Assembly (NCBI GenBank): GCA_964016885.1
Contig: OZ024741.1
Coordinates: 192,200,001-192,264,000 of the forward strand
DNA length: 64,000 bases
Source of the DNA: Eledone cirrhosa
Lineage: Eukaryota
Reading direction: 5' to 3'
The position numbers and the translations under genes are program-made. Positions 13,817 to 25,369 of this stretch are shown here, in pieces. The notes under the pieces were generated by a model. The model did no database searches and was not told where the DNA came from. It was given only the letters and a program-made list of their open reading frames with translations. Each line of letters starts with the position of its first letter. Positions within the stretch are counted from its first letter, which is position 1.

Positions 13817-14070
13817 CAAGGTTAGGGTTAACAGTGACTATAGCGAAGAATTTACCATACAGGTCGGTGTCCACCAGGACTCTGTTCCTAGCTGTCTCCT
13901 GTTTATTATCATATTGCAGGCTATAACAGAGGAGTTTAAGACTGGATGCCCATGGGAACTTCTGTATGCGGATGATCTTACACTTATAGCTGAATCTATG
14001 GCGGAACTAAAGAAGAAATTCCAAACATGGAAGCAGAGATTTGAAAGAAGGCTCTCAAAGTCAACCTGTC
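13504..14070. repeat. About 260-bp inverted repeat of RTE RT sequence centred on (TA)n
   Basis: 13504-13762 is the reverse complement of 13813-14070 with only a few differences. Confidence 0.95.
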
Positions 14071-15225
14071 AAAGACTAAGGTCCTCGTAAGTAGACGAGA
14101 AAACAGAACCCAGATCCCCTCAGGGAAATGGCCTTGCTCAGTATGTAGGAAAGGTGTAGGTAGGAATTCTATCCTCTGCCCAAAATGCAAACTGTGGGTA
14201 CACAAGAGATGTAGTGGGATCTCTGGAAGCTTAGTTAGGAATGTAAGCTTTACATGTAGCAGATACACCGGGACAGCAAGCAGCAAACAGCCATAGGAAA
14301 CAAGTACTACCAAACTCTGGGAGGGCTCTGTAGAAACAGTAGACAACTTCTGCTACCTAGGTGACCAAATTAGCAGCGGAGTTGGGTGTTCTGAAAATAC
14401 AGTAACCATGGTAAGAACGGGATGGAAGAAGTTCAGGGAGCTACTGCCACTGCTAGCGGCAAAAGGCTTTTCCCTCAAAATGAAAGGCAGACTGTATGAT
14501 GCGTGTATCCAAACAGCAATGTTACATGGTAGTGAGACCTGGGCACTGCATAGAAGACTTGCATAGATTAGAAAGAAACGAAGCTGCATGCTTCGATGGA
14601 TGTGTAATACGCGAACGGCAAATCATAAACAAACTGAGAGACTGAGAGACTGAGGAATCAAATGCTGTGTATAGGAGAGGAGGATGCGTTGGTATGGACA
14701 TGTGATGTATATGAAGAATGACAGCTGCATAAAAAGTGCAGAGCACTAAAAGTTGAAGGAAGCCATGGAGTGGGGAGACCCAAGAAGACCTGGGACGAGG
14801 TGATAAAAGCGGACCTTTCCCAATTGCACCCCTCAAAGGTGATGACACAAGACTGTGACCTCTGGCATCACGCAGTAGTACAGAAGACCCGACTTCCTAT
14901 GGGAGCAGGCCGAGGCCGAAGCATATAGGCAATATGCCCTCATTCCCTCCCACTGCAAAGTGGTCATGAAGGTGTCACGACAAAAAAGCACCCAGACCTT
15001 ACTGTAAAGTGGATGTGTAGGCGCCACGGAAAAAAAGCACCCAGCACTCACTGTAAATGAGGTTGGTGTTAGGAAGGGCATCCAGCTGTAGAAATCAAGC
15101 CAGAATCAGTTCCAGTATGAGCAAGACAAGGTCAGCCGACCTAACATTGCCCACAACAGGACAACCCGTCTAACCAATGCTAGCGTGGAAGAATCGACGT
15201 AAGACGGTGATGATGATGATGATGA
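13813..15225 (+). mobile_element. 5'-truncated RTE LINE
   Basis: GVHQ, LYADD, LHGSETW, 3' UTR, (gat)n tail. Confidence 0.9.
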
Positions 15226-15325
15226 TATGTGTGTGTTTATATATATATATATATATATATTAGAAAGTGAGGTTTTTTTACAAAATGAAAAAAAAACGAG
15301 GTGTCCTACACTAGTGAAAGTATAA

Positions 15326-15530
15326 GGAAAAAAGATGAAATCGAAAATGCAACTGGAGTCTTTTTTAAAAAAAATATATATTTATTTGCTTCCTTTACCG
15401 GTTTCGCAGTACTTCTGCTTTTCAAAAGTAGAATTGAGATGGAGGGTTTGTGGCGAAACTGGTAAAGGAAGTGAATAAATATATATTTAAAAAAAAAATC
15501 CAGTTGCATTTTCAATTTCATCTTTTTTCC
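15326..15530. repeat. Imperfect fold-back palindrome containing an HHR
   Basis: About 80-bp arms (15326-15407 and 15452-15530). Confidence 0.85.
15393..15428 (-). ncRNA. Minimal hammerhead ribozyme, U3-A8 core variant
   Basis: CUU UUGAAAA GCAG aagua CUGC GAA ACCGGU A/AAG. Confidence 0.65.
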
Positions 15531-15707
15531 GCATATATATATATATAGATAAATATACACGAGTGTGTATGATTGTGTATAGAATATTATATTAATAAGA
15601 GGAATTCCAACTTTGTCTGATTTACTCGTTTTATTTACAATCCTTTAAAATTTATAATGGTATTATAATGAAATAGTATGATAGAATATTAAATGTTAAG
15701 TGTTAAT

Positions 15708-15746
15708 TGAACAAGTACTTTCATGCTTTCGCAATCTTCAGGTTCA
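15708..15746 (-). ncRNA. Minimal hammerhead ribozyme (mirror copy)
   Basis: Exact reverse complement of 15808-15846. Confidence 0.7.
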
Positions 15747-15807
15747 TAATGTGTGGTGACAGTCAAGTTTGCAGTTGAAAATTGCAAACTTGACTGTCAC
15801 CACATTA

Positions 15808-15846
15808 TGAACCTGAAGATTGCGAAAGCATGAAAGTACTTGTTCA
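15808..15846 (+). ncRNA. Minimal hammerhead ribozyme
   Basis: UGAAC CUGAAGA u UGC GAAA GCA u GAA AGUACU U/GUUCA; helix I 5 bp, palindromic helix III. Confidence 0.72.
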
Positions 15847-15956
15847 ATTAACACTTAACATTTAATATTCTATCATACTATTTCATTATAATACCATTAT
15901 AAATTTTAAAGGATTGTAAATAAAACGAGTAAATCAGACAAAGTTGGAATTTCTCT

Positions 15957-15989
<33 letters not shown>

Positions 15990-16076
15990 GTGTGTGTGTT
16001 AAGTATTTCCATAGAAAAAGATGTTTTTCATTTTTAATAGATATCATTTTCAAAATAAATATCCAAAACATAATTG

Positions 16077-16146
16077 TTTTGTCTGATGAACGAGCTAGAT
16101 GTTTCTGTAAGGATCATCTAGTTTCTTGAAGCCTTTGGTAATGAAA
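16077..16146 (+). ncRNA. Degenerate hammerhead ribozyme
   Basis: UUUUGU CUGAUGA ac GAGCUAGAUG..CAUCUAGUUUC uu GAA GCC uuu GGU A/AUGAAA; A15.1 changed to G. Confidence 0.65.
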
Positions 16147-16389
16147 TAATTATATTGTGTTGTTTATTATGTAATTAAATATATATATATAAATATAAAG
16201 TCAACCTTATCCCCCCCCCCCCCTCCAACCTCGGTATCCTGTATTAATTTCTCCCTCCGCCTTTTGAGATATTTTTCAATGCTACAAGTGATTTAGTCCT
16301 CTTTCTTGACCGGCTTATCACGTGATAATCTCTCCCTCCGCCTTTCTGAGATTTTCTCGCTTGCTACGAACGTGTCTAGAAAGCGCTCT

Positions 16390-16493
16390 TTCCCTGAGGA
16401 GTTCCCTTGAGAAGCTGGTTTGCCTCACAACAATGTTACACCTCTATGATGTAAACTTGTTGCATACTGACCAACGAAACTGTACAGTCGGGA
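16390..16493 (+). ncRNA. Hammerhead ribozyme with intact core and enlarged helix II
   Basis: UUCC CUGAGGA GUU..(about 70 nt)..AAC GAA ACUGUACAGU C/GGGA; GUC triplet. Confidence 0.7.
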
Positions 16494-16555
16494 CATTGAG
16501 GAAATAATAGGTATATATCTGTGTCTATTACTTCTTCTTACTTTATAATTTGTTA

Positions 16556-16623
<68 letters not shown>

Positions 16624-16659
16624 ATGATAATGATGATGTGGTGTTTCTACTGTTGCCAG

Positions 16660-16784
16660 CTGTTGCAGTGTGTTCAGGACCTTACATATATGTCTTCAAA
16701 AATCTACGACCTTACTACAAATTTTCAATGCCGACTCTAGATATTGATCCATCCGAAGAAGATTTATGGACCCAAGTAAAAGAT
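16660..16784 (+). CDS. BBS1: BBS1 internal exon: [42 protein letters not shown]
   Basis: gccag/gtaagc, 125 nt; diagnostic BBS1 motif YVYKNLRPYFKF. Confidence 0.95.
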
Positions 16785-17109
16785 GTAAGCCATTTTTCTC
16801 TGAACCTTGTCCTGTTTCAGTGATACATTAATCAGAAATGAGGAGAGGGTTGGTGTCTTTGGTGGTCTTTAATGAGTTAGAAAGATTTACTGAGATTCTA
16901 AGTGGCTATGTTGGGGAAGTATTCCATTTTTTTTCTCCTCCTTGAAAGTTCCTACGGTGCATCCTTTTAGATATTCACTTTACAAAGGATGTGTATGTAA
17001 ATGTGCATGTATGTTTGTATATTCACATGTTTGTACATGTATATGTATGTGCATATATATGTGTTTATGTATATGTGTGCATGTATGTGTACATGTATGT
17101 GTACATGTA

Positions 17110-17831
17110 TATGACACAGTCACAGGGTTCATGCCAGCCACTAAGTTATAGTTTACTGCTAGTTCCACTCCAACAGCAGCCGACCAAAACTGTGGTAGTG
17201 GTAGAGTATAAGTTTCAATACTACCCCTATTTATGCTTGGACAATATAATTGACCACCACCCGTGAAGAGAATATAAACTTAATTCTAGGGTCTAGATAT
17301 TATGGCTTCACAATGGAAATTAAAATTAGTAATAAAACTGAAAATTAGAAATTATAAGTTAAAATCTTGATTGAAGTTATTAAAAAAAATAATAAAGAGG
17401 AAGATCTTTAAATTATAGAAATTCTGAAAAGTGTATCAATATTGGATATTATATATATATTATCCATATATTGAACCATAGTACCGTAATAAAGAATAGA
17501 AGATAAATCTAAATTATAGAACGTAATAATTAAACAAACAATTAGTTAATATCTTCGTCTATCATATGAATCAAAACCAAAAATTACATAGACACAAAGG
17601 GAATGGGCGACAGCTTCAAGAACATCATCTTTGTCTGTTCCCTTGTTGCTTTAATTTGGATTGCCTTGAGAATGTAACCTTTTTATGTAAGAAGCTGTCT
17701 GATGAGATCATGGCACTGGTTAGGTGGAATCCCGTGGCCACTGTCGTCATTGAAATATGTATCACAGCCTTATCAATAAAGGACTTTAACATCTGAAACT
17801 ACTTTGCATTTTCTTATTCTAAATATGCATT

Positions 17832-17832
<1 letters not shown>
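17110..17832 (-). mobile_element. Possible decayed PLE 3' fragment
   Basis: Frameshifted minus-strand pieces (H..GH.F..., KAIQIK, NRQ) weakly recall GIY-YIG C-termini; microsatellite-bounded. Confidence 0.25.
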
Positions 17833-17886
<54 letters not shown>

Positions 17887-17974
17887 AAAAATTGAACGGG
17901 AACAAAACAGAGAGGCAGTACGAACAAAGGTTTATTAGTTTCACGCTCTTGAGAGTGGGGTGGTGGTGGTGGGG

Positions 17975-18010
17975 AACCACGTTTCGGGCATAAGCCCTTC
18001 TTCATGTGAA
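17975..18010 (-). ncRNA. Degenerate hammerhead-like motif
   Basis: cac aUGAAGA a GGGC uuau GCCC GAA ACGU g; helix II perfect, C3 and cleavage base altered. Confidence 0.5.
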
Positions 18011-18188
18011 AAGTGTGTGGGAAGAGAGTTCCAAGGGTGTGTAGGGGAGTGGTGGAGAGACATATAGAAAAAGGGGGTGAGAGGAAACGGTACAAATGAA
18101 ATTAAATATAAAAGCATAATAAAAATAAAAATAAAAATAAACATGAAGTAAAACAGGTGGTGGAAGGGTGTGGGATGAAGTAAAACAT

Positions 18189-18471
<283 letters not shown>

Positions 18472-18600
18472 CCTTTGGTAATGGAGTAGTTATATTTTGT
18501 GTTGTTCACTTTCTAATTAAATAACTCTGTTCTATACATAGAGCACTCTTTTTTCCTTTGCTTTTTCTTTGGAATTACTTAACACACACACATATATATA

Positions 18601-19030
18601 GAGAATTAGGATTTAGTTTCATGCATAGCTGTATACAGTATTTCTAAAGAAATTCATTATGTTTACAGATAAACATTTAGAAAGCCGTAGCTATGCGAAA
18701 CACAGGGGTTAATAACCTCTGGTGGTGTCCAGCAGAAGCAAGGGGGACAATCGTTGATGCATTTCGAACTTAGCTGGTTCTCATCAGGACGATCCCTTCC
18801 ACACTTGCAACTGCTGGACTTGAAAACAGGCGAGAATATATGGTTTTCTCGTCTGTGTAAATGAGGTGATTAATCTCATTTGTATATGAAGCTGCTTAAG
18901 TTGGCTCAACTTATAATAGAATAGAATTAGGATTTAGCTTCAGGCATAGCTGTATACAGATATATATTAGAATTTCGTATTTCTAAAGAATACGTTATGC
19001 TTACAGGTAAACATTTAGAAAGCCGTAGAT
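18601..19030 (-). repeat. About 320-nt cassette with terminal direct repeat (partial tandem)
   Basis: agaattaggatttag...catttagaaagccgtag at about 18602-18690 and 18923-19028. Confidence 0.8.
18751..18792 (-). ncRNA. Minimal hammerhead ribozyme, intact core
   Basis: UCGUC CUGAUGA GAAC cagcuaa GUUC GAA AUGCAU C/AACGA. Confidence 0.8.
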
Positions 19031-19155
19031 ATATTATATATGTATATATGCATTAATATATAATATATATGTATGTAATGTGTCTTCCAGTATGAATTAA
19101 TCTTGTCTTAATCACTGCTCATATATTATATGTTTCCTATTTCTCTTTTGGCCAG

Positions 19156-19202
19156 GATAAAATCACTCCTTTTGAATTGTGGGAATGTTTGGAAAGTTTA
19201 AA
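19156..19202 (+). CDS. BBS1: BBS1 internal exon: DKITPFELWECLESL(K)
   Basis: Polypyrimidine-gccag acceptor, gtaagt donor, 47 nt; aligns to DRIDPLTLKEMLESIR; phases 0/2 fit neighbours. Confidence 0.88.
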
Positions 19203-19224
19203 GTAAGTTTTCTATTTTATATGA

Positions 19225-19575
19225 TTGTCATCATCATCATCGTCATCATCATCATTGTTTATCAGCCATTTTCCATGCTAGCATGGTTTAGATGACTTGT
19301 CTCATTACGAGACAAGTGAAGTCATCTGTGGCTGGATGCTCTTCCTAATGCCACCCACATTTACAGTGTGGACTGGGTGTTTTTTATTGTGGCACCAGAA
19401 CAACAAACTGATTGGTTGGACTGGATACTTTTTCATTTGTCACGAGAACGAACACCTTATAAGATGGGCTGGGTGCTTTTTGTCATGTCATCAATATGAC
19501 CACCGTGCAGGGTGGACCAGGTACTTTTACATTGTGTCATTCCTATGACCACTTTACAGGGTGGACTGGGTGAAT
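19225..19575 (-). repeat. RTE 3' UTR with about 40-bp degenerate tandem subunits
   Basis: (cat)n tail, ttccatgctagcatgg, repeated acagtgtggactgggtgctttt unit. Confidence 0.65.
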
Positions 19576-19829
19576 TTTCCATGTGTACATATATACTTTG
19601 GGAGGATCATATTGCCATTAAAAACACATGCATCAGCTGAGTTTAATTTTCATAAGCAATTGTCAAAGCTCTTTCGTCACAGATTCTGTGACCTCAATGT
19701 CCATTCTTGCTTATCTGTGACTCATCTTTGTTTTGATCTTGTTCTATTTCCTCCATGTTTTCTTTCTGTCTGGTTCTTTAATTTTATCAATCCCAGAAGG
19801 ATGAAAGCAGAATTGAGATGCTGAAACAG

Positions 19830-21330
19830 TCATAAAGGAACTTGAACAGGAACAAACTTTTAAATACTTAGGGATTAATGAGGGCTCTGGTATTCAACAT
19901 GCAAGTATGAAAGAGAGGATAGTGAAGGAATGGTACAGGAGAGTATGTGCAGTTCTGAGATCAGAACTAAATGCTCATAACAAGGTGTTAGCCATAGATT
20001 GCTTGGCAGTTCCAGTTGTCACTTATTGCTTTGGTGTAAAAGAACTGACACCAAACTCTGTAAGTTACTGACTTGTAATAGGATGCACCACCCAAAAGCA
20101 GATGTGGATCGTCTTTATCTTCCTAGAACTCAAGGAGGCTGTGGCCTGATCCAATTTAATCTTACCTACAAGACCACCACTATTGGACTGGCCAAATACC
20201 TTGAAACAACAAACGGCTGTATGCTGAAACTTGTTGACAAACATGGGAGAAGTAAGAAGCTTCATTCTATCTTGAAGGAGAGCAAAAAATATGTTACTGA
20301 TCTCATGCTTGATTCCCCCAGGCTGGACAGACTAAGGAAACTGTTGCAATTGATGTAGCTAAGCACATAAAATTAATTGTAAAAGCAAAGGGGCAAGAGC
20401 AATTAGCATCAAAGTGGGAGCAGAAATCTCTGCATGGCAAATATGTGGCCCATAACAAACAAGCTCATATTGACCAAAAGCACACCCATTAGTGGCTACA
20501 TAGCTCGGCTAAAAGCAGAGGGGCGAAGGCTTCATCTTAGCTGTCCAAGATCAAAACTTACTGACACTGAATTACCAGGCCAATGTGGTGAGAAATGGAA
20601 TAAATCTAAAGTGCCGATTCTGCAATGTTGAGGTTGAAATAGTGGACTACATAGATCCTGGATGTAAAGTTTTAGCCCCAGTAGAGTACAAATATAGACA
20701 TGACAGAGTTGGCCAATATCTACACTGAGTAATATGTCGGCATTATAAAATAAAAGGGCAGTGGATTGGCAGTATCAGTAGAGCGTCGGACGCCATGCTT
20801 TCCAGCATAGTTACGTCCCTTTACGATCTGAGTTCAAATCCAACCGAGGTTGACTTTGCCTTTCATCCTTACGGGGTCGATAAAATAAAGTACCAGTAAT
20901 GCACTGGGTTATTTGCTGGCCTTGTGCCTAAAGTAGAGACAATTATAAAGTAAAAGCTGCTGACACGTGGTACAATCATCACCCTGAGGCTGTAACTGAA
21001 GGAGAAAAAGTAACAATTCTTTTGACCAGACCATAAAAGCTAATAGACCAGATATTGTTAAAGACCAACATTGCAAGGTCCGTTTATTGATTGATTTGAG
21101 CATCCCATGTGATCAGAATATCGCGGCAAAAAATTCGACAAGCTAAGAAAATATAAAGATCTGCTTATTGAAATCTAAAAAATGTGGCACCTCAAGGCTG
21201 TTACAATACCAGTGATTGTGGGAGCACTGGGAATAATCAAGAAAGAAACAGAACAGTATTTGTGAATGATTCCTGGTTTATCCTCTCTGCATGAGGAGCA
21301 AAAAATTGTTTTGACTGGTACTGCCATCAT
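19830..21330 (+). mobile_element. Decayed R4/Dong-like (REL-endonuclease) LINE 3' half
   Basis: HHPKADVDRLYLPRTQGG, C-rich zinc-knuckle remnant, ANRPDI, IPVIVGALG. Confidence 0.75.
20756..20945 (+). mobile_element. SINE family A nested in the R4-like LINE
   Basis: Full copy flanked by attataaa(a/g)taaaag target-site-like duplication. Confidence 0.85.
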
Positions 21331-21777
21331 ATATCCTTCCTTGTATGTATCTATGGATGTGTGTGTGTGTGCATGCATGCATGGATATATTTTATTTATA
21401 TGTATTTATATGTATGTATGTGTATATATGTGTATGGGTATGTATTTGTATCTCTGTGTGTATATGTATATATATGTATATATAAAAACAAATAACGAAA
21501 CGAAATTAAATTTCGTTTCGTTTGTAACTCACTTTTGTATGACTGACGCTTAAACAATTAAGTTAAAAATGTACATCTACATATGCATACTGAAATACTA
21601 GTGTGCATATGAATACACACACGTATACATATGTAGATGTAACAAGTCTTTCACTGGTTGCTTTACTGTGAGCAACCCAGCTACTCTGTATGTAAACACA
21701 CAGACAAACCGGTTTTTAGAGTCATACTGGTTTTCGAGGAAACACCTTCCCTCTATTCTCCAGAAAGCCAGACAAGG

Positions 21778-21822
21778 AATATTGAACTAGTTTCGTTGTT
21801 GTTACAACTCATCAGCAATATT
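21778..21822 (-). ncRNA. Intact type I hammerhead ribozyme (copy 1)
   Basis: AAUAUUG CUGAUGA GUUGU aaca ACAAC GAA ACUAGU U/CAAUAUU. Confidence 0.88.
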
Positions 21823-22244
21823 TACCCATCTACCGGCCTTTCTGGAGAATTGTAAAAGCACATATCGTTATATGCTTTTTCTATGAAAATTAGTAGTGGG
21901 CAGACTAATTTGCATAGAGTGTGAGTACGCACCGGTTCAGCGGAGACGATAAAAACAAATAACGAAACGAAATTAAATTTCGTTTCGTTTGTAACTCACT
22001 TTTGTATGACTGACGCTTAAACAATTAAGTTAAAAATGTACATCTACATATGCATACTGAAATACTAGTGTGCATATGAATACACACACGTATACATATG
22101 TAGATGTAACAAGTCTTTCACTGGTTGCTTTACTGTGAGCAACCCAGCTATTCTGTATGTAAACACACAGACAAACCGGTTTTTAGAGTCATACTGGTTT
22201 TCGAGGAAACACCTTCCCTCTATTCTCCAGAAAGCCAGACAAGG

Positions 22245-22289
22245 AATATTGAACTAGTTTCGTTGTTGTTACAACTCATCAGCAATATT
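22245..22289 (-). ncRNA. Intact type I hammerhead ribozyme (copy 2)
   Basis: Identical to copy 1, 467 bp away. Confidence 0.88.
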
Positions 22290-22749
22290 TACCCATCTAC
22301 CGGCCTTTCTGGAGAATTGTAAAAGCACATATCGAAACGAAATTTAATTTCGTTTCGTTATTTGTTTTTATCGTCTCCGCTGAACCGGTGCGTACTCACA
22401 CTCTATGCAAATTAGTCTGCCCACTACTAATTTTCATAGAAAAAGCATATAACGATATGTTACATATCGTTATATGTAACATATCGTTACATCTACATAT
22501 GTATACGTGTGTGTATTCATATGCACACTAGTATTTCAGTATGCATATGTAGATGTACATTTTTAACTTAATTGTGTATATATATATATATATATATATG
22601 TATATAGATAAATGTGTGTATGTGCGTATGTGTGTATATGTGTGTATGTATGTGTATGTTTGTGTGAGTATGTACGTGTGTGTATATATATATATGTGTG
22701 TATGTATATGTATGTATATGTTTGTATATATATATGTGTGTGTTTTCTC

Positions 22750-23047
22750 TATAAAATTATGTTGGTACCACAACATCCAGTCTAAACTAATGAGATCGTG
22801 TAGGTGTTACTACAAAAAAACACACAGTCAACGCTGTAATGTGGTCGTGTAGGTAACACGGTAAAAAGCTTCCAGTCCCCACTACAAATGTGACTGGAAG
22901 GGCATCCAGCTGTAGAAAACCTGCCAGATAGTCCTATACGAGCGAGACACGGTCACCCGACCAATCTTGCCTCAAGTGGGACAACTCCTGTCCAACCCAT
23001 GCTAGCGTGGAAGATAGACATTAAACGATAATGATGATGATGATGAT
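22750..23047 (+). mobile_element. RTE 3' UTR fragment
   Basis: Homologous to 43435-43722. Confidence 0.75.
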
Positions 23048-23069
23048 ATATATATATATTATTATTATT

Positions 23070-23280
23070 CAGTATCAGTAGAACGTTCGACACCATGCTT
23101 TGCAGCATAGAGTTACACCCCTTTATAATCTGAGTTCAAATCCTGTCGCGGTTAGCTTTGTCTTTCATCCTTACAGGGTCGATAAAATAAAGCATCAGTA
23201 ATGCACTGGGGTCGATTTAATCGACTTTCCCCTCTCCCAAAATTGCTGGTCTTGTGCCCATAGTAGAAATCATTATTATT
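23070..23280 (+). mobile_element. SINE family A
   Basis: B-box and gtcgataaaataaag body. Confidence 0.75.
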
Positions 23281-23444
23281 ATTTTGTTTTTTAAGCTGTA
23301 AATTATAATCTTACCAATGTATACAGTGAATTTATTTGCCCTAGGTGTCAGGAAGACACTCGGCATATATCAGAAACAATACTGAAGGAAAAGGAAAAAC
23401 AACAATAATAATAATAATTGTTTCTACTTTTGGCACAAGATAAT

Positions 23445-25010
23445 GGTTTCATTTATTTGCCACAAGGGCCGGCATATAGGGGACAATACAATAGACAGGG
23501 ACAGTGAGTGTTTTACACAAAAATCAAGCAAAATATAGGAAAACAATAACAATAAGCAAGAAAAATACAACAATGAAAATTCTCCCATAGGGGGGATGAC
23601 CACCCAGGGATAACTCAGATACTCTACCAGTCTTGAACCACCCAACTCTTCGAGGGCACCCAGGAAGGGCACCCCTTCCCTCCTCAAATTGACCAGCCTA
23701 CAGGCAGATGATCAGAGTAGGCCCACTCACACGGGCCATTCTTGCCACATTCACCCACATTTCAGCAAATGTCCTGGGGGGCAGCACTTCTCTCTCCACC
23801 CTCACCTTTCTTTCCAAATGAAATTTGAAAAACTTGATGAGGGTTTGGCTTAAGAGAAAAGTGTCTGTCTTCTGTCCTTTCAACCTGGTCCACCATACAA
23901 CCTCTTTCGCTACTGCCACCAAACAGGAAAATTACCTGCCCTTCCTGGCCAAAAGAAAGCGGCGGATTGATCTTCACTATGGACTCGGATCCGTTCTACA
24001 TGTGACAACAGCTGTTCGACATAACTCCACAAGTCAATAATGCATGGACACTGGACAAGTGCATGCAGAATCGTTTCGCCGCTCTGCACGCATCTCGGAA
24101 AGGTCCATCTGACAGCACTTCCGTGTCTGTATAGTTTATCTTAAACCGGAGTGCCTCCCATTAGCACTGCCAAGGGAGGGATTTCTGGAAGTTATCCATG
24201 GTCCCCAGCTCAAAAGTCCTCTGGAACAGACTGATCAGTTCGACTTCGTCGACGCCCAGAGCCTCTCCGAGTGCACTAATGCTCTATAGAACTCGAGAAT
24301 GGAAGTTCCACTGACCTCATTGCCCACCTGATAGAGAGCAGTGAGTGCCTGGCAAATGTTCCAGATGTCAGTCACCCAGTCTTAGCCTCTTCTTGACCCA
24401 GGACTGCAGCTCAGTGAAAGAGATGAGCTGCAGAAAGGACCGTGTGACAAAAGGCGACCACACCTGTTCAACGTTTAGGCAGAATATTTGGAGACACCGC
24501 AGCCTCAGCGCATCTCTGTGTATCATTAGCCATGGCATGCCTAGTACTCCACGTAGAGGGTGCTGGCAGCAGATGAACTGCCTCACCAAAGGAACCTGTC
24601 CCCTCCACAAGAATTTGAAGAGAAACCATTCAAACATGGCAAGGCGTGGACGGGGGCAAGGTACGACAGTCGGGTGGTAGTAGATGACGGATGTGATGTA
24701 CACATTTGCCACCTCTGCCCGACCTTTCAGTGATAGCTTCTGCTTGGCTCATTTCTGGGTGAGACTGGCTACCCTGCTTGTCACCTCGTCCCGGTCTTAT
24801 CCACCCAGTGGTCTGGTCTGAACTAAACTCTGAGCAACTTTACCGGTTCATCTGTCTAGTGCCCAATGATACTGTTTGACACCATGGCCATGGACTTGCC
24901 TCTCCAGGTGCTGAGCTGCAAGCCCACTGACTTTTCCGGAGTAAGTATTGCTCCCGTCAACCTTTCATATTCCTCCAATAAGGTGCCAATCACCTCGATT
25001 TCCGATGTTT
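23445..25010 (-). mobile_element. Tx1/L1-like LINE 3' fragment
   Basis: ANVYITSVIYY..., FKFLWRGQVPLVR, QLSTWRGK; 3' end ccttgtggcaaataaa. Confidence 0.75.
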
Positions 25011-25369
25011 TTGTTGTTTGTGGTATAAATTTTTGTGTTCGCCGTATCCTGCCTCTCAACGTTTAAGCCACTATTACACGACAGGAGACTTACCGTTGGG
25101 GACCGTGGCTCAGCCATGTTTTTTTCTCGATAATTTTTTTTTATATGCACAAAGTTCAAATATTTGGGCCTTTTGGCTCAAATATTATAGCATCTCCCCC
25201 TCACAGGGCAAAGATGGAAGTCTTACGACCCTTTTGTGAAAAATTTAGCAACTAATACAATTGAAAACAATTTTGAAATTCACTACCTTGTCTGACAGCC
25301 AATAGTAATAATAATAATTATGCTGCTACTTTTAGAACAAGACCAGCAATTACCCCAGTGCATAATGCT

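Larger units (their letters stand above)
15595..15959. repeat. Near-perfect 365-bp palindrome with mirror-image HHRs
   Basis: Arms of about 180 bp are reverse-complementary, centre near 15775-15782. Confidence 0.95.
21482..22575. repeat. 467-bp tandem duplication (about 1.8 units) followed by two inverted sub-segments
   Basis: Units start at 21482 and 21949; 22333-22460 and 22487-22575 are reverse complements of parts of the unit. Confidence 0.95.

Noticed and set aside
17698-17760. ctgatgag motif
   Set aside because: No helix II or correctly placed GAAA
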